64,000 nucleotides of DNA from Gemmatimonas sp. (GTDB lineage: Bacteria > Gemmatimonadota > Gemmatimonadetes > Gemmatimonadales > Gemmatimonadaceae): the NCBI GenBank assembly GCA_031414535.1, contig JANNVQ010000014.1:293961-357960 (forward strand). The letters run 5' to 3'. Every line of letters begins with the position of its first letter. Within the stretch, counting starts at the first letter, position 1. A program made the translations under genes and the position numbers. The notes below the pieces were generated by a model that was not told where the DNA came from, did no database searches, and worked only from the letters and a program-made list of their open reading frames with translations. Positions 9,425-19,976 of this stretch are shown here, one piece after another.

Positions 9425-10852
9425 TCAGCGCAGCTTCTTGGAGCGGCTGCAAACGACTAAACGCTTGGCGCCGCGAGTCATTGCGACGTAAAGGTGTTCC
9501 GGCCCCAGAGGATCCGCGTCAAGCACAATCGAGATGTCAGCTTCAAGCCCCTTCAGCAGCAAGGTGCTACCGACCGCTCGACCCGGGAGGGCACGCAAAC
9601 CGAAGCGGGACTCCTCGCGGATCCGTCTCGCAACTTCCCCATAGGATCGTAGTGGTGACTCAGCGCATGTGCGGGCCATCTGCAGGCAAGAGTTCAGCAA
9701 GACCGGGCGGAATACGTGCGAGCCAGACTGCGACTGGAGCGCCGCGAGAAGGAGCGCAATCCGTCCAGGCGCTGCGTCTGCAAGCAGGCTCAGGGCGGCG
9801 CTCTCCACCTCCGAGGTCGGCTTACGTGAGCGACCGTTGACGATAGACTCAATGCGAGCGGCCAGGTCCGCCGGCCGTACCGCAGTCATTACGCTCGCCG
9901 CGAGCGAGGCTGTGAGCTCCAGTATCTCTGTCCCACTTTCCACCTCATCGAGGGACTCGGCGAACTCGATAAACTCACGAAGCTCGACCGTCTCGACTGC
10001 GACTGCCCCTCTGGTCTGGCGTGCAAAATCGTGCTGCAATGCCTTGTTCTTGCTATCGACGAGGATAAGTGCGGTACCGCCGCCACCAGGCAAGCGCCGG
10101 TTCGCAGCACTCAACTGCACAGGAGTATCGTGTGAGGGATCACCCGTGAGGCCAACCCATTGGACCGCATCGGGCGCAGCCGAAAGCTCGATGCCTTCTC
10201 CCGCACTCAGTGGGGATCGAATTCCCAAGAGCCACTCGCCAAGCTCTTGCGCACCGCTGTTCTTCCATCGCCACGGGACGTCCAGCTGAGCTACCATCGG
10301 AAAGTCTCTGAGCACAACATCTCGCCAGCTGGGAAGACGGTTGCCTCCAAATCCGAAAATCGCCTGAAGCGGATCGCCCAGCACAACCGTGGGTAGCGCT
10401 TCAGACAGTCCACGTACCAGTTGGTGCTGGAGCTGGTTGCAGTCCTGGTATTCATCGACCCAGGCCCTGACATAAGTCTTGCGAAGCAGCTCTTCGATCC
10501 CACCTTCAATAATCAGCCTCACCGCAGCGCGTCTTATATCAGGATAGTCATCCCTTGGACTCCGAAGCTCCAGGGCAGCCCGGCGCACACCGGACCTCTC
10601 CGGGAACATCGACACCATCCGAAGCGCCCAGCCATCAAGAGTGAACACCCTGAACGCCTTGGGGTCGACTTTGGACAGCGATAGGCGCCGGCGGAGAACT
10701 GCCACACCGGCGTTAGTGTGCGTGAGGATCAACACTGGTCGCCTATTGCGGATAGCGGCCATCGCATCGACGATCAACTGAGTCTTTCCACAGCCAGCCG
10801 GGGCCTCAACCGAGCCGCGGAGTGCCTCAATCAAGACGTCAGACTGCGGCAT
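9425..10852 (-). CDS. UvrD/Rep-like SF1 helicase (GajB-like)
   Basis: APAGCGKT, VDEYQDC, LGDPLQAIF, KGLEAD, YVAMTRG; overlaps the OLD gene end. Confidence 0.85.
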   Translation of the reverse strand: MPQSDVLIEALRGSVEAPAGCGKTQLIVDAMAAIRNRRPVLILTHTNAGVAVLRRRLSLSKVDPKAFRVFTLDGWALRMVSMFPERSGVRRAALELRSPRDDYPDIRRAAVRLIIEGGIEELLRKTYVRAWVDEYQDCNQLQHQLVRGLSEALPTVVLGDPLQAIFGFGGNRLPSWRDVVLRDFPMVAQLDVPWRWKNSGAQELGEWLLGIRSPLSAGEGIELSAAPDAVQWVGLTGDPSHDTPVQLSAANRRLPGGGGTALILVDSKNKALQHDFARQTRGAVAVETVELREFIEFAESLDEVESGTEILELTASLAASVMTAVRPADLAARIESIVNGRSRKPTSEVESAALSLLADAAPGRIALLLAALQSQSGSHVFRPVLLNSCLQMARTCAESPLRSYGEVARRIREESRFGLRALPGRAVGSTLLLKGLEADISIVLDADPLGPEHLYVAMTRGAKRLVVCSRSKKLR

Positions 10853-12551
10853 CCCGCGCCCACGCCCGAAGCGCTTCGATGACTAAAGCGATGTTCAAGG
10901 CGGACCCGGTCAGTGCTGGACCTAGAATCTCACGGGCCGGAGTCTCCATTTGACTAATCGATTTGAACCAGCCGCTGCCAGCCTTCGCAGCTAGCCCGAG
11001 AACCTTGCGAGCGTCATCAGTGATTGATGCGCGGCAATCGGTGAGGCCAAGAACCCCGTTACTCTTGGACTTGATGTGCGAGTCGATAGCGGCCTCAGAT
11101 TGTAACTCAACCGCGCACTCCAGCAACTGTCTGACTGCCTCCTCTGGGAGCGCAGAGAATAGCGCCTGCTCCGTCGAATGGCCTTCGCTCCACTTGAATA
11201 AATGTCCTCCTGCTTCCACGAAGGCATCCTCGCCCGGGGGCGCAAGCGCGACGTCTGAGTCGCGAAGGATTGCCACCTTGAATCCAAGAGCCTGCAGCGC
11301 TTGAGCCCGACCTCCCACTCGCGAATGGCCATTGCTGTCGATGAAGACAACGCCCACCGAAGCGAGAGTGGGCCTCGCCTGGCTGTCCTCGAACTGATCA
11401 AGACCGCGGAGCAGGCCAACCTCTGTGGAGCCCTCACATACCACAACGGCACGCGCCAATAGGGCCTCTGGGAAGGTGCGCACTGTTCCCTGAATCTCAT
11501 CTGCAGTCCCGACAGGCACACAAAGGTGCGCCTCCTCCGTTGGCCTCCTTAGAATCCACAATGCGTCGCCTGAGAGTTCTCTAATCACGACGGGTGAATG
11601 CGTGGTGAGGAACACCTGAGCCGAGGGCTGTGCCGACTTCGCTCCGAGTGTGTCCAGCAGTCGCGCCACGCGATACGGCTCCAGCCCATGCTCGACCTCA
11701 TCGGCAATGATCATGCACGTGCCGCCCCCCAAGGTCTGCTGCATGCCGGCCGTCAGGAGCCGAACAGAGCCCGTGCCGAGACATTGCAGCGGAATGCCTT
11801 TGCTGGTGTGAAGCGCAATCGTGCCCCTTCCGAGCGATATGGAGTCAGCATCGAGCATCGCTTTCAGGCCGTCCCCGATTTTTAGGCCGAGAAGCACCCC
11901 CTTGGCGGCTATCGCATCGAGGGTGTCCTGTAGATCGGGCGCCGTCTTCTCACCGAATGCCTTCCGCGCTTCACGGGCTGCGGTAGCGAGCGCATTGGAC
12001 GCATTCGGAACATCAGACGTCAGCCGGCTAAGCACGGAACCCTGCCGCCAAGCGAACTGCGAGCTGCTGCTGACTCCGATTCGGATCGGTCCGAGCTTGG
12101 TTCGAATGCCCCAGGGAATTCCCCTTTGCAGTCCCAACTCTCGGGAACGATCGGAATAGAGCGTCCACGTTGGGTCTAGCGATTCGTCGACAACCAGCTG
12201 CAGCGTCACCACGGTCTCCAATCCGACCCCAGCCTCGTCTGCAACCTCCCCCGACTCAGCATCAAATCCTCTGAGGTATTGGCCGTAGGTGTCAATGTCG
12301 AGTAGCTCGTCCGGAAGTTCGCCAATAGTTGCAGCGATCCGGATCGGCTTGCTGTGGTCTAGCTCGAAGAAATCGGCGTCGGAGAAAGCGATCGCTCGCC
12401 GCGCTCCGAGGCACAGGTCTATCGCGTCAAGCACCGTGGACTTCCCCACGTCGCCGGGGCCTAGCAGGCAGTTGAGGCCAGGCTTCGGGTTCCAGTCGAG
12501 GGATCTCATGCCGCGAAAGTTCTCGATCTCCAGCCGTCTGATGCGTGTCAT
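10839..12551 (-). CDS. OLD-family ATP-dependent endonuclease (ABC ATPase + TOPRIM; GajA-like)
   Basis: IENFRG, GPGDVGKST, DEVEHGLEP, TTHSP, VCEGSTE, DSD. Confidence 0.85.
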   Translation of the reverse strand: MTRIRRLEIENFRGMRSLDWNPKPGLNCLLGPGDVGKSTVLDAIDLCLGARRAIAFSDADFFELDHSKPIRIAATIGELPDELLDIDTYGQYLRGFDAESGEVADEAGVGLETVVTLQLVVDESLDPTWTLYSDRSRELGLQRGIPWGIRTKLGPIRIGVSSSSQFAWRQGSVLSRLTSDVPNASNALATAAREARKAFGEKTAPDLQDTLDAIAAKGVLLGLKIGDGLKAMLDADSISLGRGTIALHTSKGIPLQCLGTGSVRLLTAGMQQTLGGGTCMIIADEVEHGLEPYRVARLLDTLGAKSAQPSAQVFLTTHSPVVIRELSGDALWILRRPTEEAHLCVPVGTADEIQGTVRTFPEALLARAVVVCEGSTEVGLLRGLDQFEDSQARPTLASVGVVFIDSNGHSRVGGRAQALQALGFKVAILRDSDVALAPPGEDAFVEAGGHLFKWSEGHSTEQALFSALPEEAVRQLLECAVELQSEAAIDSHIKSKSNGVLGLTDCRASITDDARKVLGLAAKAGSGWFKSISQMETPAREILGPALTGSALNIALVIEALRAWARDAAV

Positions 12552-12692
12552 GTTCTCTCACGGAGGCGTTACTCTTGTCACGGCTCACGATCGAGCCTCG
12601 AATGCGATCGAGAGACGTTCCGACTTGGACCAGGCATCGTCAAGGTGCTCGCCTGGATGACTCCGGCCTAGGCCAGAGGGCGCAGCGCGACG

Positions 12693-13472
12693 CTAGAATC
12701 GAAAGTGCCGTCGTATTGGCGGGAGGAATCGTAGCGAAGCGGCTTGATTCATCGGCCTCTTTGGCCCGACGAGCAGGGGAGGCTCCTCGTAGTGCCCAAC
12801 GAAGGCCCTGAAGTTGTCGATGAGCGATTCAAATCCGTTTCGCCCGGTCTCCGCGAACGTGCGCACAAACTGGGGCCTTGAGACGGGCTGCACATAGGCC
12901 CTGTCCGCGCTGCTATGGGGAAAGACCCACCACAGGTGCCCACCATCCCCGAAATCGAAGAACACGTGAGCGCTGCTACCGAGCCAGTCTCGGAAGAGGG
13001 CACCCGCGGGCCTGAGTATCTGTCGTTTGTTGAAGTTGGGGATGTAAGAGGTGCCGCGGGCCCATTCCTTCGCAAACCTCGCAAGATCACGTTTCCGCCG
13101 CGCTCCATCCACGACCCAGACTAGTCCCTCATAGAACTGCTCCCGTGCACGACGCTCGTCGGGGTCTATGTGGGAATGCTGGAACTCCAGAACCCATCCA
13201 TCCGCCGTCTTCACGTCTGCAATGTGCAACTCGCCGCTCAGGGCTCGGTGGACGACCTCCTGCCAGTCCGGCGGGAAGTGATTCTTCCACGCCCGGTGCC
13301 ACTCGGTCTCGTTCTCCGACCAGGGGTCGCAGGTTCGAGTGCCGGCGTGGGCCCAGTGCCACGTCTTGATCTCCCCGCACTTGGCGATGACAGGCTTGCC
13401 GCAGCCTGGACACTCGGCTACGAGTTTGGGCAGCGCCTCGAGCCGCTGCCCCCCATGCAATGCAAATCTCAT
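12693..13472 (-). CDS. CoiA-like zinc-finger/PD-(D/E)XK nuclease
   Basis: CPGC..KCG..WHWAH, ETEWH..WK, HIADV, LEFQHS. Confidence 0.8.
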   Translation of the reverse strand: MRFALHGGQRLEALPKLVAECPGCGKPVIAKCGEIKTWHWAHAGTRTCDPWSENETEWHRAWKNHFPPDWQEVVHRALSGELHIADVKTADGWVLEFQHSHIDPDERRAREQFYEGLVWVVDGARRKRDLARFAKEWARGTSYIPNFNKRQILRPAGALFRDWLGSSAHVFFDFGDGGHLWWVFPHSSADRAYVQPVSRPQFVRTFAETGRNGFESLIDNFRAFVGHYEEPPLLVGPKRPMNQAASLRFLPPIRRHFRF

Positions 13473-13528
13473 CTGACCGCGGCCTCCCCACGGATGACGT
13501 ACGACTTCAGCGGTTGTTCTGCATTCCG

Positions 13529-13550
13529 ATTCTAGCGCCGGGAACCGACA
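13529..13550 (-). promoter_or_regulatory. PafBC-type promoter 1 (coiA-like/OLD/UvrD)
   Basis: Minus strand TGTCGG-TTCCCGGCGC-TAGAAT, an exact TGTCGG-N10-TANNNT match. Confidence 0.75.
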
Positions 13551-13575
13551 GCGAGGGCCGCCTTCTGTGAACCGA

Positions 13576-13610
13576 GCCGCCAGATCCGAGCGGATCTGGC
13601 GGCCCTTTTT
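13576..13610 (+). terminator. Intrinsic terminator hairpin
   Basis: GCCGCCAGATCCG-AG-CGGATCTGGCGGC followed by CCTTTTT. Confidence 0.7.
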
Positions 13611-14074
13611 GCGTTTCCCTCTTCTGGAATTGGCTCATTCTGGGCGAAGTAGGCTTCCGACCGCACCGCTCGGCTATTCGAGCTGGCGGCCTCACGGAGC
13701 GTAGAGGCCAGTCGATTCGGCCAATCCCACCGCAATCCCACTCGGAATCTTCTTCCAATGCCCCACGCATTAACTCGCCGCGAGGTGAGGGACTCGCGCC
13801 GGAGAGTGGGTATGCGAATTCCGGAATCGTGCCGTTTGCGGGACCAGCTACGTATCCCAGGGCTCTCCATCTCGACTCGAGTTCAGAAGCCCCCGTATCC
13901 GCTCACGAAGACGAGCTCCTGTCCTCAGACACTGGCAAGGCCCCTTACCCACCGCATCCCTCCGCAACAACGGAGTGCCCCGGCGACGAATAGCCGCCAA
14001 AGAAGGAGGCTTAATGCGAGCGGGGCGTGCTACGCACTCCCCGCCCCATCACTGCTCAAACGTCGGCAACCCCG

Positions 14075-17011
14075 TTAGCCACCCGACGTTGTGACATCGT
14101 CCGAAAGTCCGACGTCTCGGAGACCGCTCCGTAGCTCATCAGCCGTGTGCTGGTCCGTAGCAGGCTCGAATGGCATCCGGAACTCAACGCGCACCGTGAG
14201 TCCCGGCTTCGACGCGATGCGGGTGAGCACCTTCATGTAGAACGTGGTCCACTTCTGTATCGGGACTTGACCGGTCCAGCCGAGGGCTCGAGATGTGAGT
14301 TGCAGTTCGCTGTGGCGCTTGACGTTGGGAGACTCGTTCACTGCCACCGACACTTCCGCTTGCGCGGTGATGTCACCCGCAGCCACACGCACGGCGAACC
14401 TCCCGGTCTCCGCTCCAACCACCAGCTGTCCGTCGGGCGAGATTTCGCCCGTGGTTGTCGACCATGAGAGTGCAGGCTTCGACAGCTCGTGTCCGTACTG
14501 ATCGAACGCGCCGATGGTAAACTTGGCCTGCTCACCGGGCTGCAGCACTACGCTGTCGGGGCGCAACGAAAGCAGTGCCAATCGCGGTGGCTCAAGGAGG
14601 CGCTGCGCATCAGCAGACTTCAGGATGAAACAGTCTTCTGCGATTTCGACCTCGTGTTCCGACAGGTCCTCGTTGAATCGAACGAGCACGAGTCGGCCTG
14701 ACGCATCGCGATGCGCATAGCCGAGCAGTCCCTGCGACACGCCAGCCGCTATGCTTCGTTTGACGACCTCGCCGCGAATGAGGCGCGGCAGCAACGGCGA
14801 CGAGAAGAATGCATCCCTGAGCGCTTTGGTGGACCATTCCGTGAACGCGGGTGGCCAGTACTTCAGCAACCGGTTTGCACCAACGGCGTCCGTCACTTCG
14901 TCGTCCTTAATCATTCGATTGAGGATCAGCTCCGAGTGACTTCCCGCCATACTCGACGTGATCTGACCGAGATCTATCTCGCGGATGATGTTGTCTTTGC
15001 CGAGTAGATACAGATAGCGGTAGGAGCGCCACACGGCCTCGCGCAGGTCCTTCTTGGCCCGCTTGAGACTCTCGGTTAGTTGTCGACGCTGAATCTCATC
15101 CAACCGACCCTTGCTCTCATCGTCGTCGTCAACGGCTTCCCATGCGAGCAGACTGCGCGTCGCCTCGACCGCCGTGTTGCCCGGCGCCGGCGCCACAAAG
15201 ATCAGGGCACTCTTGAACGAGCGCGCTGAAGCTCCGGATTCACGGACAATCGTCTCCATGAGCTGGCGAGTCATTGGTTCCCCGGCTGGCGTCTCAGGGC
15301 CCATGATAACCAGTGTCAGCTCCGGCCGGTCGGGAACGTCATTACTCTTCGCCGGCGAGAAGCGGCGTTCGAACGTCTGCTGCCCTTCCTTAAATAGCGC
15401 CTCCGTTTCATCTCGCAATCTTTTCGCAATCACGTCGGCCTTCACCTCGGCTCGGCGCGTGACAAGGATCTGGTTCAGGTTGGGACTGAGGCTGAACCGA
15501 TAGCGGTTCTTGTCGCCACTCAGGTAGAAAGACGACGCGATGAGCTGTTCGAGCACATGGTCGACATCGGCCAGGTTGGTATCGGGCTCACCGACCGCCG
15601 TCTTGATCTCCGCGACGCTGGCTTCCGCCCGTGACTGGGATTGACCACCATTGCTTTCGAAGAAAATCGCTGTCGCAGTCTTCAGATGAAGACGAGACTT
15701 CCTGATCGACTCCGTGGCTTCCTTGTCGAGTCGCGCCGCGTGCGAGTCGTTTCGGCCAGTGATGTCCGAGATGACGGGTACTTCGAGGCGATCAGAGCCG
15801 AGCTGCTCGAACACCGCTGCTCGAAACGTCGGATCGTCGAGCGGAGCGGACCCCAAGGTTATTAGCGGCTCCTTCGCTGCCTGTCGATGCTCCTCCTGAT
15901 ATGCTCGCGCGACCCAAAGGGCGAGCAATCGCAGCACTCCCCGGGTTCGTTGAAAGCGCGGCAATCCTTGCCACTTTCGTTCGAACACCGACAGCACGGA
16001 CGGGTGGAACGGGTACGCTGACAGAAACAGGTCGTAAGCGGACGCGGCGTCGATGCCTGCTAGCTCGCCATTGTGCGCCACGGCCCAGCCGGCGTACTCC
16101 GAGATGGTCTTCTTGGCGTCCACAGAACTCCCGTGCCACTCAAACAAACGACGGCGGATGATCTCGGCGAACTCGGTCTCGGCGCTCATCATGATCGCTT
16201 TTCCGACGCGGTCGAGCAGTTTCTTCAGGGATTCGTGGTCACGCTGATCCTCAGCGTTCATCTCTAGTTCCGATGCGGGGATCGAAACGCAGAGCACCAT
16301 GTTGTCGCGTGCTCGGGCTTCCTCGGAGAGATTCTGGAGAAAGTTGTAGAGCTGGTCTCCGAGCTTGAGTTTCCGCGCACGGCTCACGTAGTTTAGCAAC
16401 TCATCCATCAGGATCAGCACAGGCCCGGCGGGGAGCATCTTTCGAATCACGTCTCCCGCAGGCGCGATCCCATCCGCGTCATGCTTTGCGACGGTCTCGA
16501 ACGCCTTTTCGCCGCCGAGCTGCCAGGCGATCTCCCCCCAAGGAGTGCGACGCTGCGGCTCGCCCTTGCCGCCGCGACCGTCGATCACGTCGAACTCCGT
16601 TCCTACGAATACCGCAACCGCCGCCGTGGGAACCTGTGTCACACCAGCCCGAGAGAGGATGCCATCTACGCCCTTCCACTCGGCTGCCGCCTTGCCGCCG
16701 TTAGCGAGGTGATACAGCGCTGTGAGAGAGTGTGTCTTTCCACCGCCAAACTGCGTGGCCATGTTGAAGACGGCCGACGTCTCGACCTTTATACCGGAAA
16801 GCCGGCGCACGACCTGGCTCGATAAGTCGAGCAGGCTCTTCGTCAGGTAGGTACGGTCGAAAAAGCGCCCCGGTTCCAGATAGTCGGGATGGGCCCGGTG
16901 ATCGCGGATGTGGTCGAGATGTACCGCGAACTCGCTGGCATCGAGCGGGCGGTTGTCGCGCAAATCTTCGCGCGGAGTCACCACCTGGTACCACGGTTTC
17001 AGTTTGGCCAT
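14075..17011 (-). CDS. DUF499-family AAA+ ATPase with a C-terminal Ig-like domain
   Basis: KPWYQVVTPREDL, TQFGGGKTH, LMDEL, YPFHP, FQRTRGVLR. Confidence 0.85.
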   Translation of the reverse strand: MAKLKPWYQVVTPREDLRDNRPLDASEFAVHLDHIRDHRAHPDYLEPGRFFDRTYLTKSLLDLSSQVVRRLSGIKVETSAVFNMATQFGGGKTHSLTALYHLANGGKAAAEWKGVDGILSRAGVTQVPTAAVAVFVGTEFDVIDGRGGKGEPQRRTPWGEIAWQLGGEKAFETVAKHDADGIAPAGDVIRKMLPAGPVLILMDELLNYVSRARKLKLGDQLYNFLQNLSEEARARDNMVLCVSIPASELEMNAEDQRDHESLKKLLDRVGKAIMMSAETEFAEIIRRRLFEWHGSSVDAKKTISEYAGWAVAHNGELAGIDAASAYDLFLSAYPFHPSVLSVFERKWQGLPRFQRTRGVLRLLALWVARAYQEEHRQAAKEPLITLGSAPLDDPTFRAAVFEQLGSDRLEVPVISDITGRNDSHAARLDKEATESIRKSRLHLKTATAIFFESNGGQSQSRAEASVAEIKTAVGEPDTNLADVDHVLEQLIASSFYLSGDKNRYRFSLSPNLNQILVTRRAEVKADVIAKRLRDETEALFKEGQQTFERRFSPAKSNDVPDRPELTLVIMGPETPAGEPMTRQLMETIVRESGASARSFKSALIFVAPAPGNTAVEATRSLLAWEAVDDDDESKGRLDEIQRRQLTESLKRAKKDLREAVWRSYRYLYLLGKDNIIREIDLGQITSSMAGSHSELILNRMIKDDEVTDAVGANRLLKYWPPAFTEWSTKALRDAFFSSPLLPRLIRGEVVKRSIAAGVSQGLLGYAHRDASGRLVLVRFNEDLSEHEVEIAEDCFILKSADAQRLLEPPRLALLSLRPDSVVLQPGEQAKFTIGAFDQYGHELSKPALSWSTTTGEISPDGQLVVGAETGRFAVRVAAGDITAQAEVSVAVNESPNVKRHSELQLTSRALGWTGQVPIQKWTTFYMKVLTRIASKPGLTVRVEFRMPFEPATDQHTADELRSGLRDVGLSDDVTTSGG

Positions 17012-17035
17012 TTGTTATCCGTTCGAAGTCGTAGC

Positions 17036-19966
17036 TCAGAGATTGAAACTCTTACGGCGGGCGAGCAAACCGTCCACCCATCGCTTCTCATCAGTTCCCG
17101 GTGGATACAAGGCCGAAAGCGACTGCGCGACTCGCCAGAATCGAGTATCGGTGCCGGCCCCGTCCTCCGTAAGGAATCGCTTGAGTGCCTCTCCGCGACC
17201 CGCCGAGAACAGCAGCATGCACTGATGGACCTTATCCAAGGTCGTACCAGAAGAAGCATTGTGGCCCACTTCAGAACTGGTAGACGGTGCAGCCTTCGAC
17301 ATCTCAGCCTCGGAGAACAGCGTCCCCTGTGGTCCATTCGTCGACCGGCCTACCACACGGCGCTGCACTTCCGTCGAATCGGTGAACAGCCAACGGGCGC
17401 GCTCGGCGACCGACAAGAGCCGGGCGGTCTCGCCCTTGACCTCGACAAGTGTCCCGAGCTCCTCCAAGTGAGCCCCGAGTCCTTGAGCAATCTTTCTCGC
17501 GGCGTCGAATTCCAGAACGTAGCCGCGAACCGGACTCGACTTTGCGTCGCTTCCGTCGTCCTCATCCGCTGCGTCGTTCTCTGACTCCTCGGTGGCCGTA
17601 CTCGGCCGACCGGCTCCCACCGTCCAAAGCCACATGGCCGTCAAGCGCGCGTCCGGTTCGAGACCTGCAGAGTCGGCACCATCGAAGATGGTGGAGAGTG
17701 CCTCGTTCGCGACCGCTCCCCATACGTGTTCCAAGTATTCGGAAAGCGCCACAACGTCGCCATTGGACTTCTCAACGCGGCTGTATCGGCTGAAGACCTC
17801 CAGTGCCGGCCCGATACATGCGAAGATTGCATCTGCACCCACAATGCCTTCCTTGGCGAGCCGCGGCATCCATTCGTGAATGCGTCCGGGTAACGCTGAA
17901 ATCACGTCGCGCCAGTCACCGACCGAGTCAGTTTCCACTTGCCCGTCTGGGCGCTCTCGTGGGCGGCAAACAAGGAAGATGGACGACTGGAGTGACGCCG
18001 AAGCCTGAGCGCGCGTTCTATTCTGCATCTCTGTGTCGACCGGCCACGACGCAGTCACGACCCATCCGCCTTCGATCACGGCGCGGAGCATTGCCTCCCA
18101 CGCTGTGGTACTGCTGTCGGCAAACACGATACAAGCGATCCCGCTTGGCTTTGTGATCTCGCGCGCTTTCGCCAGCGCTTGTGTCATTCCCTGCGAGAAG
18201 AACTCTTCATCTTTTGGTTCACCCGAAGGACCTGTCGCTGAGTTGGTGACAATCAACTCGCGTTGCTTTGCGACGAGTTCATCTCGAAAGTACGCGGCGT
18301 CGCGTCCGCGAAGCCCACGCTTTAGCCAGACGTAGAACACATCCGACAGGTCAGCGTACGGAATCGCCGCAAAATACGGAGGATCCGTGCAAAAGACGTC
18401 GACTGAATCGGCAGGCAACGGGACAGTTTCGGCGCTCGCACATTCGACGCGACCGGCGTGGTCGAGTATGAGATTCGACTGCAAGACCTTCGCAACCCAC
18501 TGCACAGCCGCCGGCCAACTCGCCATGACGTCATGGGTCGGATTGGATTCAGCAAAGTCCCACAGTATCTGAAGGGCTTGCTTGGAAAAGAGCCCTTCGA
18601 TCTTACTTCCAGTGTTGTTCCAGCGCGAAAGCGACGTGTTCTGCATTACAAGTCGGTCAAGCGCCAAGTGCAGAAGAGTCTCGACCGCGTCGTCCAATGC
18701 CTTGTCGGCTGCGCTCTTCTGGTCCAGAGATGAGTGAATTGCGTCCTGGAAGGCGACGATTGCCACCGCCTGACGAGCCGTGTAGAGGTCCAAGAAGCGG
18801 CGCATGCCAAACCGCGTCACGCCACTGATGCCCCTTGTATTCGCATAGGGACGAGTCGGATTGATAGGCTCCGTGGGAAACACACCCGGTCGGCGCTTCT
18901 GCATATCCGCGTAGGCAGCGGTAGCGGCAGCGACAGCGGCCACATCATTCCTGTTTGGAGCGCGAAACGAACGGGCTCCGTTGTGCTCGACCAAGACCGC
19001 ATATAGGCGCGCCGTGTTCGCTCCTCCGAACACGGCCGTCATCTGCTCCTTTACACGCTTCGCCGACGTCGTGTAGCCGCAGCGCACGCAGGTAGCCTTT
19101 CCACCACTCACGGTGGCTGTAGTTCGCTTTTCAATGCCGCTGACTAGCTCGGTGAGGACCTTGCGCCCAGAGGCGGATACCAGCACGTGCGCGACGGGCG
19201 ACTTTCGCGAGAGCTGGGTAGCGCGCAGCAACGGCAGTTCCACACCGCATCCTGGGCCCTCGCACTGGATAGTACGCGCCCAGAGGTAGGCGATGGGAAC
19301 CGCCTTGTTGGCGTCACGTGGATAGAGCGGCGCGAGCGTCCGTTGCGCCTCCTCAAGCACCGCGTTCGCACGTTCGCGAAGGCGATCGATCAAACGTTGA
19401 CCGAAAGCGGGCAGGTACTCCAGAATCACCTTGTTAAGGAGAACAGGCACCGGGTTAAGGTCGGACGCAAACGCGTCCGCGCCTATCCGCACTGCTTCCA
19501 GAGGTATTGCTCCGCCACCAGCAAAAGGATCAACGACGAGCGGACGAGTCCCCCTCTCGCCCCCGAGTGCTTCGTGGGCCGCGTTCACAAGAGCACGGGC
19601 AGTCTCCAAGAAAATTCGTTCGTCAGCGTGATCCCAGTTTGCGAACTCAGCGATAAAGTCGAGCAGCCCGAGTCGCAGCGCCATCGGATTCCGCCAGTCG
19701 CGTTCCTCTCCGCCTCGCTCATCGCGGAACTTCTTGAGCCATGTTCCGCAAGAATTGACAAAGGACGCTGGACATTCCGGGTCTGCAGGGTCCGGCAAGA
19801 GGGCGCCAAGCAACGCGGCTCGCGCGGACGCAAGCGGACGCCGGGCCCACCAGATGTGGAGCGTCGAGATATGTCCGTGACGTAGAGTCTTCTCTCGGCG
19901 CGATTGATTCGACACCTCTGCAATCGGCAGGTCAACTTCGATGAGGCGCTTAGGGTAGTTGTGCAT
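17036..19966 (-). CDS. DUF1156 zinc-ribbon adenine DNA methyltransferase
   Basis: KRLIEVDLP, LHIWWARRPL, DPFAGGGAIP, CxxxxC..CxxCG, TDPPYF; start at MHNY. Confidence 0.9.
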   Translation of the reverse strand: MHNYPKRLIEVDLPIAEVSNQSRREKTLRHGHISTLHIWWARRPLASARAALLGALLPDPADPECPASFVNSCGTWLKKFRDERGGEERDWRNPMALRLGLLDFIAEFANWDHADERIFLETARALVNAAHEALGGERGTRPLVVDPFAGGGAIPLEAVRIGADAFASDLNPVPVLLNKVILEYLPAFGQRLIDRLRERANAVLEEAQRTLAPLYPRDANKAVPIAYLWARTIQCEGPGCGVELPLLRATQLSRKSPVAHVLVSASGRKVLTELVSGIEKRTTATVSGGKATCVRCGYTTSAKRVKEQMTAVFGGANTARLYAVLVEHNGARSFRAPNRNDVAAVAAATAAYADMQKRRPGVFPTEPINPTRPYANTRGISGVTRFGMRRFLDLYTARQAVAIVAFQDAIHSSLDQKSAADKALDDAVETLLHLALDRLVMQNTSLSRWNNTGSKIEGLFSKQALQILWDFAESNPTHDVMASWPAAVQWVAKVLQSNLILDHAGRVECASAETVPLPADSVDVFCTDPPYFAAIPYADLSDVFYVWLKRGLRGRDAAYFRDELVAKQRELIVTNSATGPSGEPKDEEFFSQGMTQALAKAREITKPSGIACIVFADSSTTAWEAMLRAVIEGGWVVTASWPVDTEMQNRTRAQASASLQSSIFLVCRPRERPDGQVETDSVGDWRDVISALPGRIHEWMPRLAKEGIVGADAIFACIGPALEVFSRYSRVEKSNGDVVALSEYLEHVWGAVANEALSTIFDGADSAGLEPDARLTAMWLWTVGAGRPSTATEESENDAADEDDGSDAKSSPVRGYVLEFDAARKIAQGLGAHLEELGTLVEVKGETARLLSVAERARWLFTDSTEVQRRVVGRSTNGPQGTLFSEAEMSKAAPSTSSEVGHNASSGTTLDKVHQCMLLFSAGRGEALKRFLTEDGAGTDTRFWRVAQSLSALYPPGTDEKRWVDGLLARRKSFNL

Positions 19967-19976
19967 TCGCTCTCGA

